A stretch of 64,000 nucleotides of DNA from Lepidodermella squamata (taxonomy: Eukaryota; Animalia; Gastrotricha). Below the pieces are notes generated by a model, which was not told where the DNA came from, searched no databases, and saw only the letters and a program-made list of their open reading frames with translations. The DNA is taken from positions 3,559,881-3,623,880 of the forward strand of contig JBLDXI010000019.1 in the NCBI GenBank assembly GCA_047495785.1, in the 5' to 3' direction. Below, one piece after another: positions 12,401 to 25,190 of this stretch (its first letter is position 1; each line of letters begins with the position of its first letter). Both the position numbers and the translations under genes were made by a program.

Positions 12401-14630
12401 TGGCGTATCGATTGAGCAAAGAACGGCCTGTACGGATGGCAAAATTCTTCTCTTCAACATTTTGCTCATCGAACTCGAGCAGCAAACGTAACGCCAATTG
12501 GAAGGTGACGAACAACAGGTAGTAAGCGTTCGGTAATTCGTTAGCAAATACTGTCGATCCAACGAAACACAAGTAAAGCTTCATGTGTTTTGCACGCCAC
12601 TTTGCGTGCACAGACGAATCAAAGGCTGTGAGGCGAACCGTGATGAGTTGACTAGGAAGGTGCATGTTGCGAAGCTTGTAGGCAATAACTCGACGCGAAA
12701 TTGCAGACAGTATGTCATCGCTGAACAGGAACGCTGAGTTTATTCGACGACCATTGCCTTCCTCGAAGCAGTGAAGAGGCTCAACAGGCGCGTCGCGAGG
12801 AAACACCATATCGGGATAAAACACCGATACTCCGAAAACTCCTTTTAAAATACAAACAGAATGTTAAATATATATATATATATAGATAATGTTCAGATGA
12901 AGTCAAATCCTCCTTAAAAAATTTCAAAATTAACCCAAGTACCGCAGGAAAGACGACAAGTACATATATATTTCTCAGCTACATAAATAACCCGCCTTGA
13001 AGAATAAATGATAAACAAATTGATAAATAAATCGTAGAATTAATACAAGGTTTCTGAAATGATAACTATACTAATAGCATTGAAACACCCTCCAATGACT
13101 GAGATGAAATTAGAGAAATTTTGCCGCTTTGCAAAGGTATAATATAGAAAAGTTGGTTAAACCACCCTCTCGAAACACAAACAATAGCTCACTCACCCGT
13201 GAAATAATCAAACAAAGCGATTAAAGTCGATCTTATTCTACATATTATATTGCTATTAGCAAAGCAAAAATCCCCACACTGAAATAGTTTTCTAGACTAT
13301 AAGAATTTATAACATAATCAAATGAGTTAATTGCACACACCCCGAATAGGACTACCCAGCTAAATAGCTAAGATAACGCTAACAGACAAAAACAAAATAT
13401 ATCTACAAGATATTCAAGAAACAAGGTGGCGTAGCAGTAAGAAATGATTCAACACTAAGCAAACACAAATAGTTCAACAGTGCCAATTAATAAAACCTAC
13501 ATTAGATTTAACATTAAATGATTATTATCATTACCATTTAAAACGTCGAGATGCAGTCTTTCAACAATCGCTCCCACTTCATCCAGCCCATTTGGTCCTC
13601 GCAGGTACTGTTCTAGATTGGGCACCAGTCGATAACGCCAACCGACACCTTCGATGGTCACCCCGGTGACAAGGCAATACGGGCAGCCGTGTTCGCCATT
13701 GAATTGCCTCATATTCAAACATGGAGCTCGAGCTATCAAGTCAGCTATGAACGAATGCAAACAAATAGCCAAATTGATTCGAACACCACGTTGAAATACC
13801 AGCACCTTCGGAGCCCGAAATTCACGTGAAGTTTTGTTCAGGCACAGATCGATAATCTTTTTATAAGGCGGATGGCAGGGACCTTGCCACAAGCCCATAA
13901 TGATAATGTTATGCGGCTTGTAACGAGCATGAATCGGCAGGTTGACGATCGACGCCGTTAACGGCCACACATCGGTGCAGCCTGTGTTCCGCTTAGACAA
14001 GGGGGTGCCGTCGAAACTGACTTGCAATTGCAGACTATGACCAAGATCGCCCATGTTTTGAAGAGTGATGCCATTGTTTATAACATACTCGTTCATGACA
14101 GTCAGCAATTGCCAAGCTAGTGACGGTACAATCACTTCAGCGCGAGCTGATGGCGCCAATTTCTTGTTGCAATTCGGGCACTTGCTGTCTCGATCCAGCT
14201 GGCAGAAACAAACCGGACACATGAAGCTTCGGAAACACGGTTTCACCAGACTACCAGATTTCTCCAACCGTCTTCGATAAACGTAGTGCGACTTTGGAAT
14301 GTACTGGCGTAGCTCTTCTTTGCAATAGACTCTGACAAAATCGAGTACTTCATCGACAGCAGCTCGAGACAATTTGTGCTGCATTTCGAGGCGCTTCAGA
14401 CGACCCATAGCATCATGAGGATCGGTTGTCCCATAATTCGGCTGGCGAACAAATTCAGCGTACGAATAGCTTTCGCGGATAGGAAACACATTCGATGCTC
14501 CTGCTGCAGGCTCATCATTTTCTTGTCCTTGTTCTCCGACGTCATCGCCATCAACACCACCACCATCATCATCATTGTCACCATCGCCATCGCCATCGCT
14601 TTCCTCGGAGGACCAATCAGATATATCATC
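9409..14630 (-). CDS. CACTA/EnSpm (CMC) superfamily transposase, spliced (approx. exons 14630-13500, 12842-12242, 10118-9409)
   Basis: Motifs SFDGTP...VWP...NLP..ARY...NIIIMGLWQG, ADLIARAPCLNMRQFNGEHGCPYC, GVFGVS, HLPS...WRA and NLHQALHL...FG...SAYGYEG; splice sites AAAG|GTAAGT at 12241 and TTTAG|GT at 10119. Confidence 0.8.
10470..10980 (+). pseudogene. LIG4: DNA ligase IV fragment (end of OB domain plus a BRCT-like segment, frameshifted) inside the transposase intron
   Basis: VIWIDPESAPIFRVRATEITDSD...GRTLRFPRVRDLRD..KGHENCTTLTKL resembles LIG4 VWIEP..S...IKAAEIV.SD...GCTLRFPR...IR.DK.W..C.TL; the following LKGKEVVVF...LAHFGANPVNAP..TNLIVA is BRCT-like. Confidence 0.72.
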
Positions 14631-15128
14631 AGTCTACAATAACAAATATAATTTAATAGACTGCAATTTGCAAACAAGTACTAATCAAGATATGTAAGTA
14701 ATTAGAGGACAAATTGCTACGCAATCTAAAATGATATTGCGCACATGCTTTCTAGCCATGTGGCGACGCCGTCTTAGCTAAGACGCAACGCAAACAGCCT
14801 AAGTTAATGCGCAGCAACAAACCGACAAAAAAATACCATTCTAACTATAATTAACATTGGCAATAACAACGATCATTATGACGAAATCGCCGCGAACTGG
14901 TGATTGCTCAAGTACAAAGAATTAAAGTAAATCAACGTCCCATTATAAAAGCAAACAAAAAAAATACAACGTCATACAACGTTATAACTAACAAAGTAAT
15001 AAACTAAATTATTACCCATGTTTTATAATACCAGCTTAAAACTAGAAACTAGATACCTGACTCGAAGATTTGTATAACAAGGTAACAAAAAAGGTAACAA
15101 AAAAAACGACACAGAAAACTGAAATTTA

Positions 15129-15851
15129 TCAAATAATGCTTACGCTTTCACTCGATTCGCTGGGTGTCGATTCGGTGTCGCTGCTTATCGTAGAAAGACT
15201 ACCCGAATCAGTTGCAGATGGATTGATATTACCAAAGGAGGATTCTTCCGTTGACTCTTGCAGCCCCGATTGAGCATCAGTATCATCATCATCATCATCC
15301 ATAGCGTCAGATGATAGGCCATCACCGCCGCCTTCAATCGATCGTTGCTGTTCAGCTTGAACTTCCTCATTTTCATCATCATCATCATAATAATCCATAG
15401 CTCTGTCAAGTGAATCACTTCCTACAGCGTTAACAACAGTTGCATCACCGCTTGAATCTTCGCTTGCATTAGTCTCACCGACAATAGTTACTTCGCTCAT
15501 GCTCGAATCAGCATCATCATCATCATTATCATCACCGTCCTCATCGTCATCGCCATCAGAACTGTCGCCACCGCCAGTTGTTGTTGTTGTTGTTGAGCTT
15601 GTTGTAGCAGAACGCGACATTGAACTCGGAGAACTCGAAGAAGTAGCACTAGTAGCACCAGTTGAAGGCTCATTCGAGCTAACTGATGTCAGGTCTGACA
15701 CGCTGTCTGACGCATCACTGCCCGCTGTCGGTAACACAGTCTGAGAAGTTTCTTGTAGTAGCGGAACATTATCAGGACGCTTTGGACGACGTCGATCTTC
15801 TCTTCCTATAGACTTGCCATCAGTCCGCAATCTGTCTGCGCGCTGAGACAT
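15129..15851 (-). CDS. Ser/Asp-rich low-complexity ORF, probably the 5' exon of the CACTA transposase gene
   Basis: Part of ORF 15129..15920, same strand and directly upstream; the next exon (14630 downward) starts with similar acidic sequence. Confidence 0.45.
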   Translation of the reverse strand: MSQRADRLRTDGKSIGREDRRRPKRPDNVPLLQETSQTVLPTAGSDASDSVSDLTSVSSNEPSTGATSATSSSSPSSMSRSATTSSTTTTTTGGGDSSDGDDDEDGDDNDDDDADSSMSEVTIVGETNASEDSSGDATVVNAVGSDSLDRAMDYYDDDDENEEVQAEQQRSIEGGGDGLSSDAMDDDDDDTDAQSGLQESTEESSFGNINPSATDSGSLSTISSDTESTPSESSESVSII

Positions 15852-16060
15852 GAGGTAGCTCAGATAAAAAATACACAATGTGTAATAACACACTAGATTC
15901 AGAAACAAAAACAAATGCAACTATATTATGCATAGCAAAGTGTAAAGATACTTAGAAAGCGAGAGAGACAAGAGCGCAGATTTTCATCGTCTCGACATTC
16001 CAATTATTTACAAATTATTACCAATTACTTACTTATTTGAAACTATATATAGAACGTACT

Positions 16061-16297
16061 TCAGTGATTCTTTTTCATAGGACCCTTCTTCGGCCTGATA
16101 ACTACTTTCACTTTATCAGGCTTCGGCTCAGGATGGCGCAGAGAAACATGACCTTGCATCGCTGTTCTCACGGCGAATACCATGCCACACTTCTCACACG
16201 AAAAGTGGCCCGGGTGCTCTAACAGATGGTCTTGCAGCTCGATATTGCACTGAAATGTCTTCAGGCAAACGGTACAGGCGAAAACTTCTGCTAGCAT
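16061..16297 (-). CDS. C2H2 zinc-finger protein, 3' half (interrupted by the Sola1-like element)
   Basis: FACTVCLKTF...LQDHLLEH and FSCEKCGMVF...MQGHVSLRH. Confidence 0.75.
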   Translation of the reverse strand: MLAEVFACTVCLKTFQCNIELQDHLLEHPGHFSCEKCGMVFAVRTAMQGHVSLRHPEPKPDKVKVVIRPKKGPMKKNH

Positions 16298-16550
16298 ATC
16301 GTTCGTGTCGCGGAAGAACCAGCACTTTGCTTATTTTTTTTGTTCAGCAGTACCGAAATGTACAGTCCATGGCTCTGTAAAACAGCAGTACTGCTCAAAC
16401 CGACTGTAAAATAAAGTACAGTCGGCGCGCTGTACTCGCTGTACAGCTGAAATTAGCTGTACACCCCGGTACGGCACGCCTGACCGTACTGCTTAGTACT
16501 GTAGTGATCGGGCAGTACTCATGCATACGGCTCAAATACTGTACTAATAG

Positions 16551-16660
16551 TACAGGAGAGATACTGTACTTCAAGTACAGGAGAGATACTGTACTTCAAG
16601 TACAGGAGAGATACTGTACTTCAAGTACAGGAGAGATACTGTACTTCAAGTACAGGAGAG
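16551..16660 (+). repeat. 25-bp tandem repeat, ~4.4 copies, subterminal in the Sola1-like element
   Basis: Unit TACAGGAGAGATACTGTACTTCAAG with no spacers. Confidence 0.9.
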
Positions 16661-17164
16661 AAGATAGTGTACATGCGAAATACAGAAGACGATGTCGCAC
16701 TTCAAGTACGGTATATGGTCTGTGCCGTATTCTTTGGTAAAGTTTATTTATCTTGATCGGGATAGCAGTTTTCAGCTTCAGATCCCTTCAGTTCAGCTTC
16801 AGATCCCTGCAGTTGCAGATGCGAAGACCTTAGACTTATAGCTTAGCGGATGCCACCAATTATTTTCGATCCAAATGTTTACTCAAATTTAAATTCCCAT
16901 TTTTCGCGATATTTCGTCAGCAAGTGAACGCAAAGTATAGTGGTTATTCGGCGGTTTTATCTATTACGTAATTTGATTGACTGATTAGTGATTAGGTTCG
17001 ACTAATTCACCTCGTGAAATCTCGTCTCCGCTCGCCTACCGGCTCGCTCCGCCTCGATTTCACTCGTTTCATTCGCTTTACTCGATCTATATTTCGTGCT
17101 TCACTCAAATATAGATTCCTACTCATGTTATATCATACAAATATAGAAATTAGGTATCTTTTAT

Positions 17165-19391
17165 TCAATCATCAAAATCTGAATCATAAGGCACTGAATT
17201 TTTTCTAACATTGAAGCTCTCAAATATTGCACGCTTGTCGGATTGTTTGCCATTCCACGGCTGATAAGGAAGATCAAGAATCTTCTCGGTATATGACCTC
17301 GGTATAATTTCGTTCTTCAGCATCTCAAGCATGTCAGCCATCAAAGGGTAAGGGAGTGGAAGAGGGGACTTTCTCAGTTTCGGGGGAATTCCTACTGGTA
17401 CTTTTTTGAGCGAATTTTTCGATAGACTGTACATCTTCCAAGGCCATTTCGCTTCGTAGCCGTCTCGAACAAAGACAGCTTTCGTCCCCTTTCGATATCT
17501 GAACCAAACGCCTTCCGACCATGGTAAATAATCGCTTTTTGTGCTAGGCTTGGTTCCAATCCCGAAAAGGTCACAGTTGAGGTTGTTGCTCATTCTCCAG
17601 TTTTTTGGCTTCCGAAGCTTTGATGTGAAGCTTGGCTCGCCGTGGAAATCCAGGAGCTCATCCCAAGACAAATCGTGAATGAAAAATGGTTGTTCAGGGC
17701 GACAAATTCGGGCGACTTCTCGCCAGTCTGTAGGGAAATTGATGGAATGCCGGCTGCCTCTTCGCTCAATCAATCTGACAAAATTGAAAAGTTGAAAAAC
17801 GGCCAATTTTCTATTCATAAATTACGAATGACAATGGTCAACGACCATCATTGTATGATTAGCTTGGAAAAATTTGTGATGGACCGATTGGAGCTGTGAC
17901 GTTGTGTTTTCCAATGCGAACATGATGGCGTTTGCGAAGTAGCTGCTGTGGTTCCCTGTGCCGTTGTCACTATATATGATCAGCGTACGGCAGTTCGGAT
18001 GGTGAACCGGTAAATACTTGGTTATATAGGCATATAACGCAGATCCAGCGGAGCTACCGTCAGGGTGTTCAAGGTCAATGTCATCGGACATGAAGCAAAA
18101 CGCATTCTTAGACACCATTTCATAAATCACTGCAACAGATATAATATATATTTAAAATATATATAAACATCGCAAAAATACCGCAATTCCAAGTTTTCAT
18201 TTTCCTGTAGTGATAGTTTGCATCGGAAATAGCCGGGCTTAACAATGCTTTTTCATAGTCTAGCTGTATCACGACAACCTCCGATTTCTCTTGGGCCATT
18301 TTCGTATCGGCCTTGCAAGCTCGCCTAGCAGCGTTCTTCATGTATAAATGCACCTGGAAGATAGATTTGCGCCTCTCGTCAACTCTGTTTTCGCGTAGCC
18401 GCAATCTAAATTTTCTGCATTTGCAACACTTGTCTTTCTTGGTTAATTTCAAAGACAGTTCGGGGTAGGCTTCGCGTAAAACCCGTTTGAAGGAAGAGAA
18501 GCCAAGTGGGTATAGGCCCGCTGAGAGAGTTGAAAAGTGCCTCAAATATGCATCGAACATTTCTCGCTGCGTTATGTCTCCTTGGATATAAACTTTTCTG
18601 GAATTTTTTCGGACATAATGACCGGGTGCACGCTCATAGCTATCAATGAATCTGTAATAATTTGCAAATAAATGTTTTCATAAATCGACCGGAAGGAATT
18701 ACCTGCAGCAGTGATCAAACTGTTCGTTTGAGATTGCGTTAGGATTGGGCTGACAACCTCGTTCATCCGGCTTGGCGAAACCTAGATCGCCAATTTTATT
18801 CTTTAAAGTCCACTCGACGAAGTTGCGCGGGGAAAGGCCAAGGGCGCTGTGGAAAAACTTCGAACACACGCGAATGTTGCCGGCCGAAGCCTTGTTCGAA
18901 AACGCGCCATCGAATTGAAAAGTGTGGTGTTTCGAAGGACCACGTCGAGGTATTACTTGGCGAATTATGAAGCTGCGCCGGTCATCTAAATTGCTGTTTT
19001 GAAAAGCGTCATATAGCCGGCGGACATTTTGCTGAGGAAAATAGTCTTTACAACGATTTGGGCACTTGCAATGATAAAATAAAAATGGCCGAAGCGGTGG
19101 AAACAGGACGTTTCGATCTGGCTCACCGGGTTTCAAGTTTCTAGCTATATCGGAGGAAGAGTCTAGGGTCGCGTCACTTTCTTCAGTTTTCGGCCAAATG
19201 AATGAAGGCAAATAGTCAGCATTCGAAATTTCTGAAATATTCGACATTTGAGAAGGCGTTGACGTTGCGGAAACAACTGAGAGGTTGTCCAGCATTCTGC
19301 TCAATACATTGCCAACAGCAGAGCCCAAGCACGACGAGCAAGTCGCGCTAACATCAGAATGAGAATTGCTCGACATTATTAAGGTAGACAA
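17165..19391 (-). CDS. Sola1-type DDD transposase, spliced over at least 3 short introns
   Basis: CKCPNRC, VCSKFF..LG, DERG, FIDSY...GHYVR, KDKCCKC, QLDYEK...YRK...WN, IYSDNGTG, HKFF..HTMMVVD; ORF pieces join through GT-AG introns near 18655-18702, 18132-18181 and 17776-17826. Confidence 0.75.
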
Positions 19392-19453
19392 AATAAAGTC
19401 CTAAAGATAAACAATAATCAAGTTCAATATGCATCATTTTTAGTTCTCATCGG

Positions 19454-19825
19454 CTAATTTTTCATACTAGATCGCCTCTTGGGTGCCTCATTTTGTTTGA
19501 CAAAATAATTTTTTTTTGACCAATAAATCAATTCTTCAATTTCCTTCTCAGTAAGAGCTAAGCTGCCTGTTTTTTTGCAATACAATTGTAAATGTTTTTT
19601 CAAACCGGATGAATCGAAAAATGTTTTATCGCACAAGCGGCACTTTCGGCGAAAACCGATTCGATGAGGTTTTTTCCCAACAAATTTACCCATAACTCGT
19701 CGTTGGCCTTTGACTCTCAAGCTTCTAGATGTTTTTTTCTTAGATTTTTCCAACTCAAGCCATTCGCTTCGCGTTAGGCGCAACTCAGACTCAGCAGTAG
19801 TTTCATCAAGTTCCATGGCGGCCAT
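19454..19825 (-). CDS. Basic protein with a single C2H-C zinc finger, inside the Sola1-like element
   Basis: CRLCDKTFFDSSGLKKHLQLYC. Confidence 0.55.
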   Translation of the reverse strand: MAAMELDETTAESELRLTRSEWLELEKSKKKTSRSLRVKGQRRVMGKFVGKKPHRIGFRRKCRLCDKTFFDSSGLKKHLQLYCKKTGSLALTEKEIEELIYWSKKNYFVKQNEAPKRRSSMKN

Positions 19826-20534
19826 CTCGATATTTTAAAACCTCTAAGAAATTGGTTATATAAAAGAAGATTTAAAGTAATTTCCACCTCATTCCATTTT
19901 AAAACCTCACAAAAACTCGCAACCACGCCTTCAGCAAGACTAGGACTGCCTTACCCTGTATTGGTTCATTTTGCTCATCACATTAGTGACGGTACGTCCC
20001 CCAAAGGACTCTTCGAAGCAAGTACCCATCTCCTTGAGTATTTGGTGGAAGTGCTCAGTTGTTGACCTGACGTAGCCTGGCTCCCCAAGGTCCCGGCGCT
20101 CATCCATTGTCCTAGCAATCGCCTTTAGGAGCGGGACTTCCTTGACTTTGTCGTAAAGTGACCCAGTCCGATCAACAACTGTCTGCGGTGCCGCTCTGGA
20201 GCCACTGGTACCGGTGACAATGGGTAGGTGAGACTGTGACGCACCTAAACTCAGAGGTGGCGCATTGAAAGGCGTCTGGGCCGGCGACGGCTTAGGTTCG
20301 GTTTGTAATTCTTATGCAAAATTAGAGACATTTAATTAAAGAAATATGCATAAACAATCTGAACCCTAGCGCTGCGAAAAACTGGGATAAATTTGCGATT
20401 TTTCCAGCAATTCAGCTTACATTTAACCTAAACTAGGAAGATCTGTCCTGAAAACTTTCTCCTTTTGAGCATAAAATTTGAAAATCAGAGGAACTTCCAC
20501 CTAGGATATATTCGATAAAAATATTCACAAATAC

Positions 20535-20868
20535 CTGAAATCATTCTCGTCAAGTCCTCGACCTTTTGCGACAAAGATGGCTGTAGCGTCATTAGGTCCT
20601 CGAGATAGCGTCCAAAAAAGACTGATATATGAAGGCGCTCTGGATTCAAGTGAAACGCTAGCAGGAGGTCATCATCGTCATCAATGATGACGAAATGATC
20701 ACCATCATGCCAAAAAAGGCCATAGTCGTCAGCTTTAAAGATGTTGCGGAAGACGGGGTAGATTTTCGTTTTTAAAAATACTAAAGGGTTCTCCGCGGAA
20801 CTATTCATTCTAACGCAACGTGCCCACTTTGACTCGCCGATAGTCACTTTTACTATTGAGTCAGTCAT
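20535..20868 (-). CDS. PB1-domain exon inside the Sola1-like element
   Basis: IVKVTIG...R-x-V N-terminal strands and an acidic OPCA-like motif LFWHDGDHFVIIDDDDDLLLAF followed by LHISV. Confidence 0.7.
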
Positions 20869-21719
20869 TTCAGAAAATTTACCTAAAATCACGAAAAATG
20901 TGAACAATCGTTTGCAATGGTAATATCGGCAACGGGCTGTGAAGAAAAAATAGGATATATCGTCACCATGAAGGAAATATGAAGTGTGATTATATTCCTT
21001 ATTTTGACACGAGTTGCTCTTTCTGCTAAAAATGCGCTTTATTACCATCAAAAACGATGACTTATTTATCGAATATTAGACGTGACAAGTGACTTCGGTC
21101 CTACTTTTTATTCACAGGAGTTTGAAAAGGAAACAACTTACTTATAATCGTTATTGCTCAACGCCCAATTTTCATTTGTCTGAGAAGGTGGAGTAGAGGT
21201 TGAAATCATTTGTCAAGTTTCTTATGTGAGCAACGAAACATGGAAGTCGCGTCTATCGTCGCGTCTATCGTCGCGTCGCAATCGTCGCGTCGAATAATTA
21301 ATTACCTGCACATTCGTCCGATTCTCACTCTTTCACCAAAATCGTCAATCTAATTGTGAGTGGGTTTGCGGGCCGTAACTTCCATCGACTACGTTATAAA
21401 AATGAATCTCCCGTACTCTCGTGTACGGTTTAGACGAACCGTACACAGTCATTACGGCTGTCACTCCTGTACTCAGCATGTACGTTGCATTCGACTGTAC
21501 TTGGGCGTACAGCTCAATGAGCTGTACGCCATGATACAGGAATGAAACGCTGTACATCTAATATACAGCCTGGTCAACTGTACTCAATCTACAGTCGAAT
21601 GAGCTGTACTGACATTTACGGCCATCAAAACTGTACCAGTTTGTACAGAATAAATATACTGTACTCTTGTGTACACGAGTTTTTTTGCCTAAAGTGCTGG
21701 TTCTTCCGCGCCACGAACG

Positions 21720-21981
21720 ATATCGTCGTTAACATTGTTTTCAGCCGCTAAACCTTTTTTTCTCTTAGAAGTTTTCATATCGAAATTAACGATACTGTCA
21801 TCTTGAGATTGGCTTTGCGATGCCTCAAAATAGTTGTGGTCATCGCCAACCGATGATTCCACCTGCTTTTCAGATTGCTTTTGACATTGCAAACCAATCA
21901 AAGAACTTGCTCCGCCTTGCTTTCGCAATTACATGCACAATGACGCAATACAACCATATAAGATTTACTTACGCTTTCCAT
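21720..21981 (-). CDS. 5' half of the zinc-finger gene split by the Sola1-like element
   Basis: ORF 21689..21928 ending ...AAENNVNDD joins MLAEVFAC in frame when the element and one ATAT are removed. Confidence 0.6.
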
Positions 21982-22858
21982 TACTATTTCGATTTGCCAT
22001 AACAACCTTTTACCAGACAGCTGCCACTGTATCAGTAGGTAAAATGAAGCGGTAACGAAGCAACGATGCGAGCTAAAATCACCGCGGGGGATGACACAAA
22101 ACACACGCGCACCACGTCACGTGCCCCACCTGCGTCCTTAATAAATAAGTGTCAACTAAAGAATTCACTATTTTTAAAACCAAAACATAACTAAAACGCA
22201 TTTCAATCAACTTTAATCCCTATTAGGCACCTCTAAATATTGTTAGCTGCATGTTTCGCCTAGAGAAATCAAGCAATTTTCGCACATCTCCCAGAACCCA
22301 AGATCTTGCAAAGGCATACATCTTTACCGAACACTGCAAAACTCCTTCAAGACACCTGGCTAAACAGATTCAACGCGCCGAACTTACAACGACTTGACAC
22401 AGATCCGTCGAGGCGCCTTGCTCACCATTTTTAACAAGGCGCCTGCAAAGACACTTGCTCAACATAGTCATTTTTCAGCTTTTTTGACCAATGATCCGCA
22501 AAGTCACCCTAGGTGACCCCGCGGCCTCCTGCTCCAGCAAAAAAACAAAGATCTTGCGTGATCACAAGAGGTCGTTCCAAAGACTTTCCTCATTTTTATT
22601 CTAGGGTACGGTATCTAAGGTTGCCATAGTAGGCAAGATGTAAAGTACGGATGATAATTTGTTTAATAACTCGGTAACCATGAGAAATTTCTTGGAGCGG
22701 GTATTTCTCCAGTCGATAGATCTAGTATGTTGTAAACTTTCCTAAAATCCTCGTCAGATTGGGATAACATTCAGGATTACTCCACTTTTATCCAGTGTTT
22801 TACCGATTTCCTAACAGACCGATTATTTAGAGAAGAAATCAGCTGAGCTGTTAAACAG

Positions 22859-24860
22859 ATTTCATTCCAACTTTGTTCTATTTGTTTCAATGAGGCGCCG
22901 GTTCAAGATTTGCTTTGCACAAGAGGATCGCCACAGCCAAGTTTATCCTACCAATCTCCGCCGCAGCTCAACTACTGGGACACTTATTCAAACATCTTCG
23001 ATAATGATATTTATTCGAATGACCTCGCCTTGTCCGAATCATCTCGCAAAAATAGCAGCGTTACACTTATGCATCCTTATGGCAAAGTATGCATGTGGAG
23101 CAAAACTGTGAGTAATTTGCTACATTCCGTAACTTTGAGTTATCGAACGATTTGTTCAATAGAATTTCAACCTGGGCGATTTTTATGCCGAAATAGTGCT
23201 GACGCAATGGTACGGAGGCGTCTTAATTGTCGTTACCAACACCCCAGCTGTTGTAAGGCCAGATTCGAAGGGTAAATACAAATTGACCCCAGCAAATTTG
23301 TATGCATTTGAAACTTCCTCGAGTGCAGGTAATTATTGTGGAACTTTTTCCAACCCAAGAGACGCTGAATCTTTCGATTTAGGTCTTTATATTTACATAC
23401 CATTTTCTGCCAAGCCGAATGCTGCTACAGTCAACTTCAAAAGTCTCTCAAACGCAAATTGCTCGATAAGCGAATACATCAACTTCGAACCAGAATATTG
23501 CTTGTTTAACTGCAAGCTGTCTGATGCCTGTTTTAAACCGACACAGCTGTTCATAGAAACGTTTATGCGGAAGCCATTCACGCTAAAAATTCGAGTTCAA
23601 GGAAAGATGGTAACAGTCGATATTTGTCGCGCCAGCTCGTCGTTTTGCTCTCGCATGTTTGAGACGTCCATTAACCAAAAAATTGATTTTTCCACTATGA
23701 ACGCGACATTGGGTATAATCCCAGTTTTTTCTGAAGTCGAAATATCGTCAATCAGCGTAATGGACTGTGTTATTCCTTACACCGGAGCAGCGTCTATCGA
23801 GGCCTTGGCAACCATGACAGCTGATAAATTACCTGAAAGCGATAAAGGCCTGACAGCTTTCCTATCCCCAACTACAGGCCTGTCAACAACCGCTTGGCCA
23901 TCGTGTTCTTCAACATGTGGAATCGGCCTGAAATGGCGATTGTCAAATGGCTCGAATGCGGAAAGCCAACAGTGCACAAACCCGATTCGATGCTCGGCTT
24001 CAACGGAAGAACAATCGCGGGGGGTCGACATGATTTTTTCGCCGGTTCCGACTTTGGACAGCTATTTCAAGGCTCGAAAAACGATCAAGGTCAACCTGGC
24101 TAAGAAAATCAGTGATTTATGTGCGAAAAACTTCACGAAATGTTGCCCAGCTTACAATGCCGGGTCTCAAACTCCGAGTTTCAGCTATGCGGGTTCTGAC
24201 GATTTGATAGACTCAAACTACGCCAATACTTCGCTGACGGCAAGTGGCTGCTGTTTCAGAGTGACAATTCTTATCAGCAAAACTAATCCGACTAAGTTTT
24301 GCGAGGCTGGCGGAAAGCTGAAATCAGCCAGTCGGAAGAAGCGAGCGTCTTCCGATTCAACGTTGATAAGCCAGGCGGATCTCAGCTCGATAAACTCAGA
24401 TCCTGATTTCACCAAGGCGTTGTCATATGAGTTGGGCTACTCAATCAACATGAAGAGTTGTCTACCAACCGAGGCGAGATGTTCTGGTGAAGATTCCCCG
24501 CCGGCTGTGTCTGTTTCTCAAGGTTCGAGTAGCAGCAGCTCTGATACAACGGGATTGAGCCAAACTACGATCATCATCATTGGATCGGTTGTTGGAGGGG
24601 TTGCTTTCGTTGGAATTTCGGTCGGGCTGATCGCTTATTTTTGTTGCGTTAAAAAGAAGGCAACAAGTCCAAACAAAGTATCACCACCTGCCAGTTATAC
24701 CGGTGGTCGTCGAATGTCGAATGCTGTCGGAGCGACTGACTGGTACTCTAACCCCAGCGCGAACGTTTACGCGCCCCAATCTTCTCCATCAGCCCTACCG
24801 ATGCAATTCGCTGGGGAGATGCCGATTCACTCGCAGAAGCCTTACAGCAATAATTACTAA
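22859..24860 (+). CDS. Type I membrane protein, paralog 1 (one lectin-like module, TSP1-like motif, Cys-rich domain with RKKR, TM helix); first exon not located
   Basis: 554-aa ORF 23196..24860 plus an upstream exon; WPSCSSTCGIGLKWR, KCCP, GCCFR, SRKKRA, TM IIIIIGSVVGGVAFVGISVGLIAYFCC. Confidence 0.85.
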
Positions 24861-24999
24861 ACGATTTGTTCAAGCTGGGAGCAACTAAATTGAATCTCAT
24901 AGTGACTGGCTCAGTGCCTTACTTGACTGAAGCTTTTATGATCCGATTGCGGTTTGTTTTGTTTTCTCTATCGAAAGAGCGTCTTTTAAAAGCGGGTTG

Positions 25000-25190
25000 C
25001 AGGGTCTGATCTTGGATCCTACAGCTGCCAGAGGTGAAAACATTTAGTATTTGCCAAAATGACTCGTGATTTCAATCGAAATTTTGATGATTTTCTACAA
25101 AAGCACGCTTCAAAAAAACCTCTAAAACCATTTTCGTTTTCCTGTCCTGATTAACCGAGCCCGGGGGAATGGAGGACGCCCCCCTTTTCC
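25000..25190 (+). repeat. Dispersed repeat family copy (others at ~49334-49535 on + and ~45190-45349 on -)
   Basis: Shared CAG(G/A)GTCTGATCTTGGAT...AGCTGCCAG.GGTG.AAAA...GTATTTGCCAAAAT.ACTCGTGATTTCAA. Confidence 0.6.

Larger units (their letters stand above)
16300..21719 (-). mobile_element. Complete Sola1-like DNA transposon, 5420 bp
   Basis: 29-bp TIRs CGTTCGTG(T/G)CGCGGAAGAACCAGCACTTT at 16300 and ending at 21719; ATAT on both sides (16296-16299, 21720-21723), fitting the AWWT TSD of Sola1; GTAC-rich subterminal regions at both ends. Confidence 0.85.

Noticed and set aside
16551-16660. 25-bp repeats resembling a CRISPR array
   Set aside because: Head-to-tail with no spacers, eukaryotic context, no cas genes; they are transposon subterminal repeats
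17165-18766. Fragmented Sola ORFs as a pseudogene
   Set aside because: The breaks coincide with short GT-AG introns that restore the frame
22640-22830. Possible LINE RT remnant (FTDFLTDR)
   Set aside because: Too short and degenerate to support
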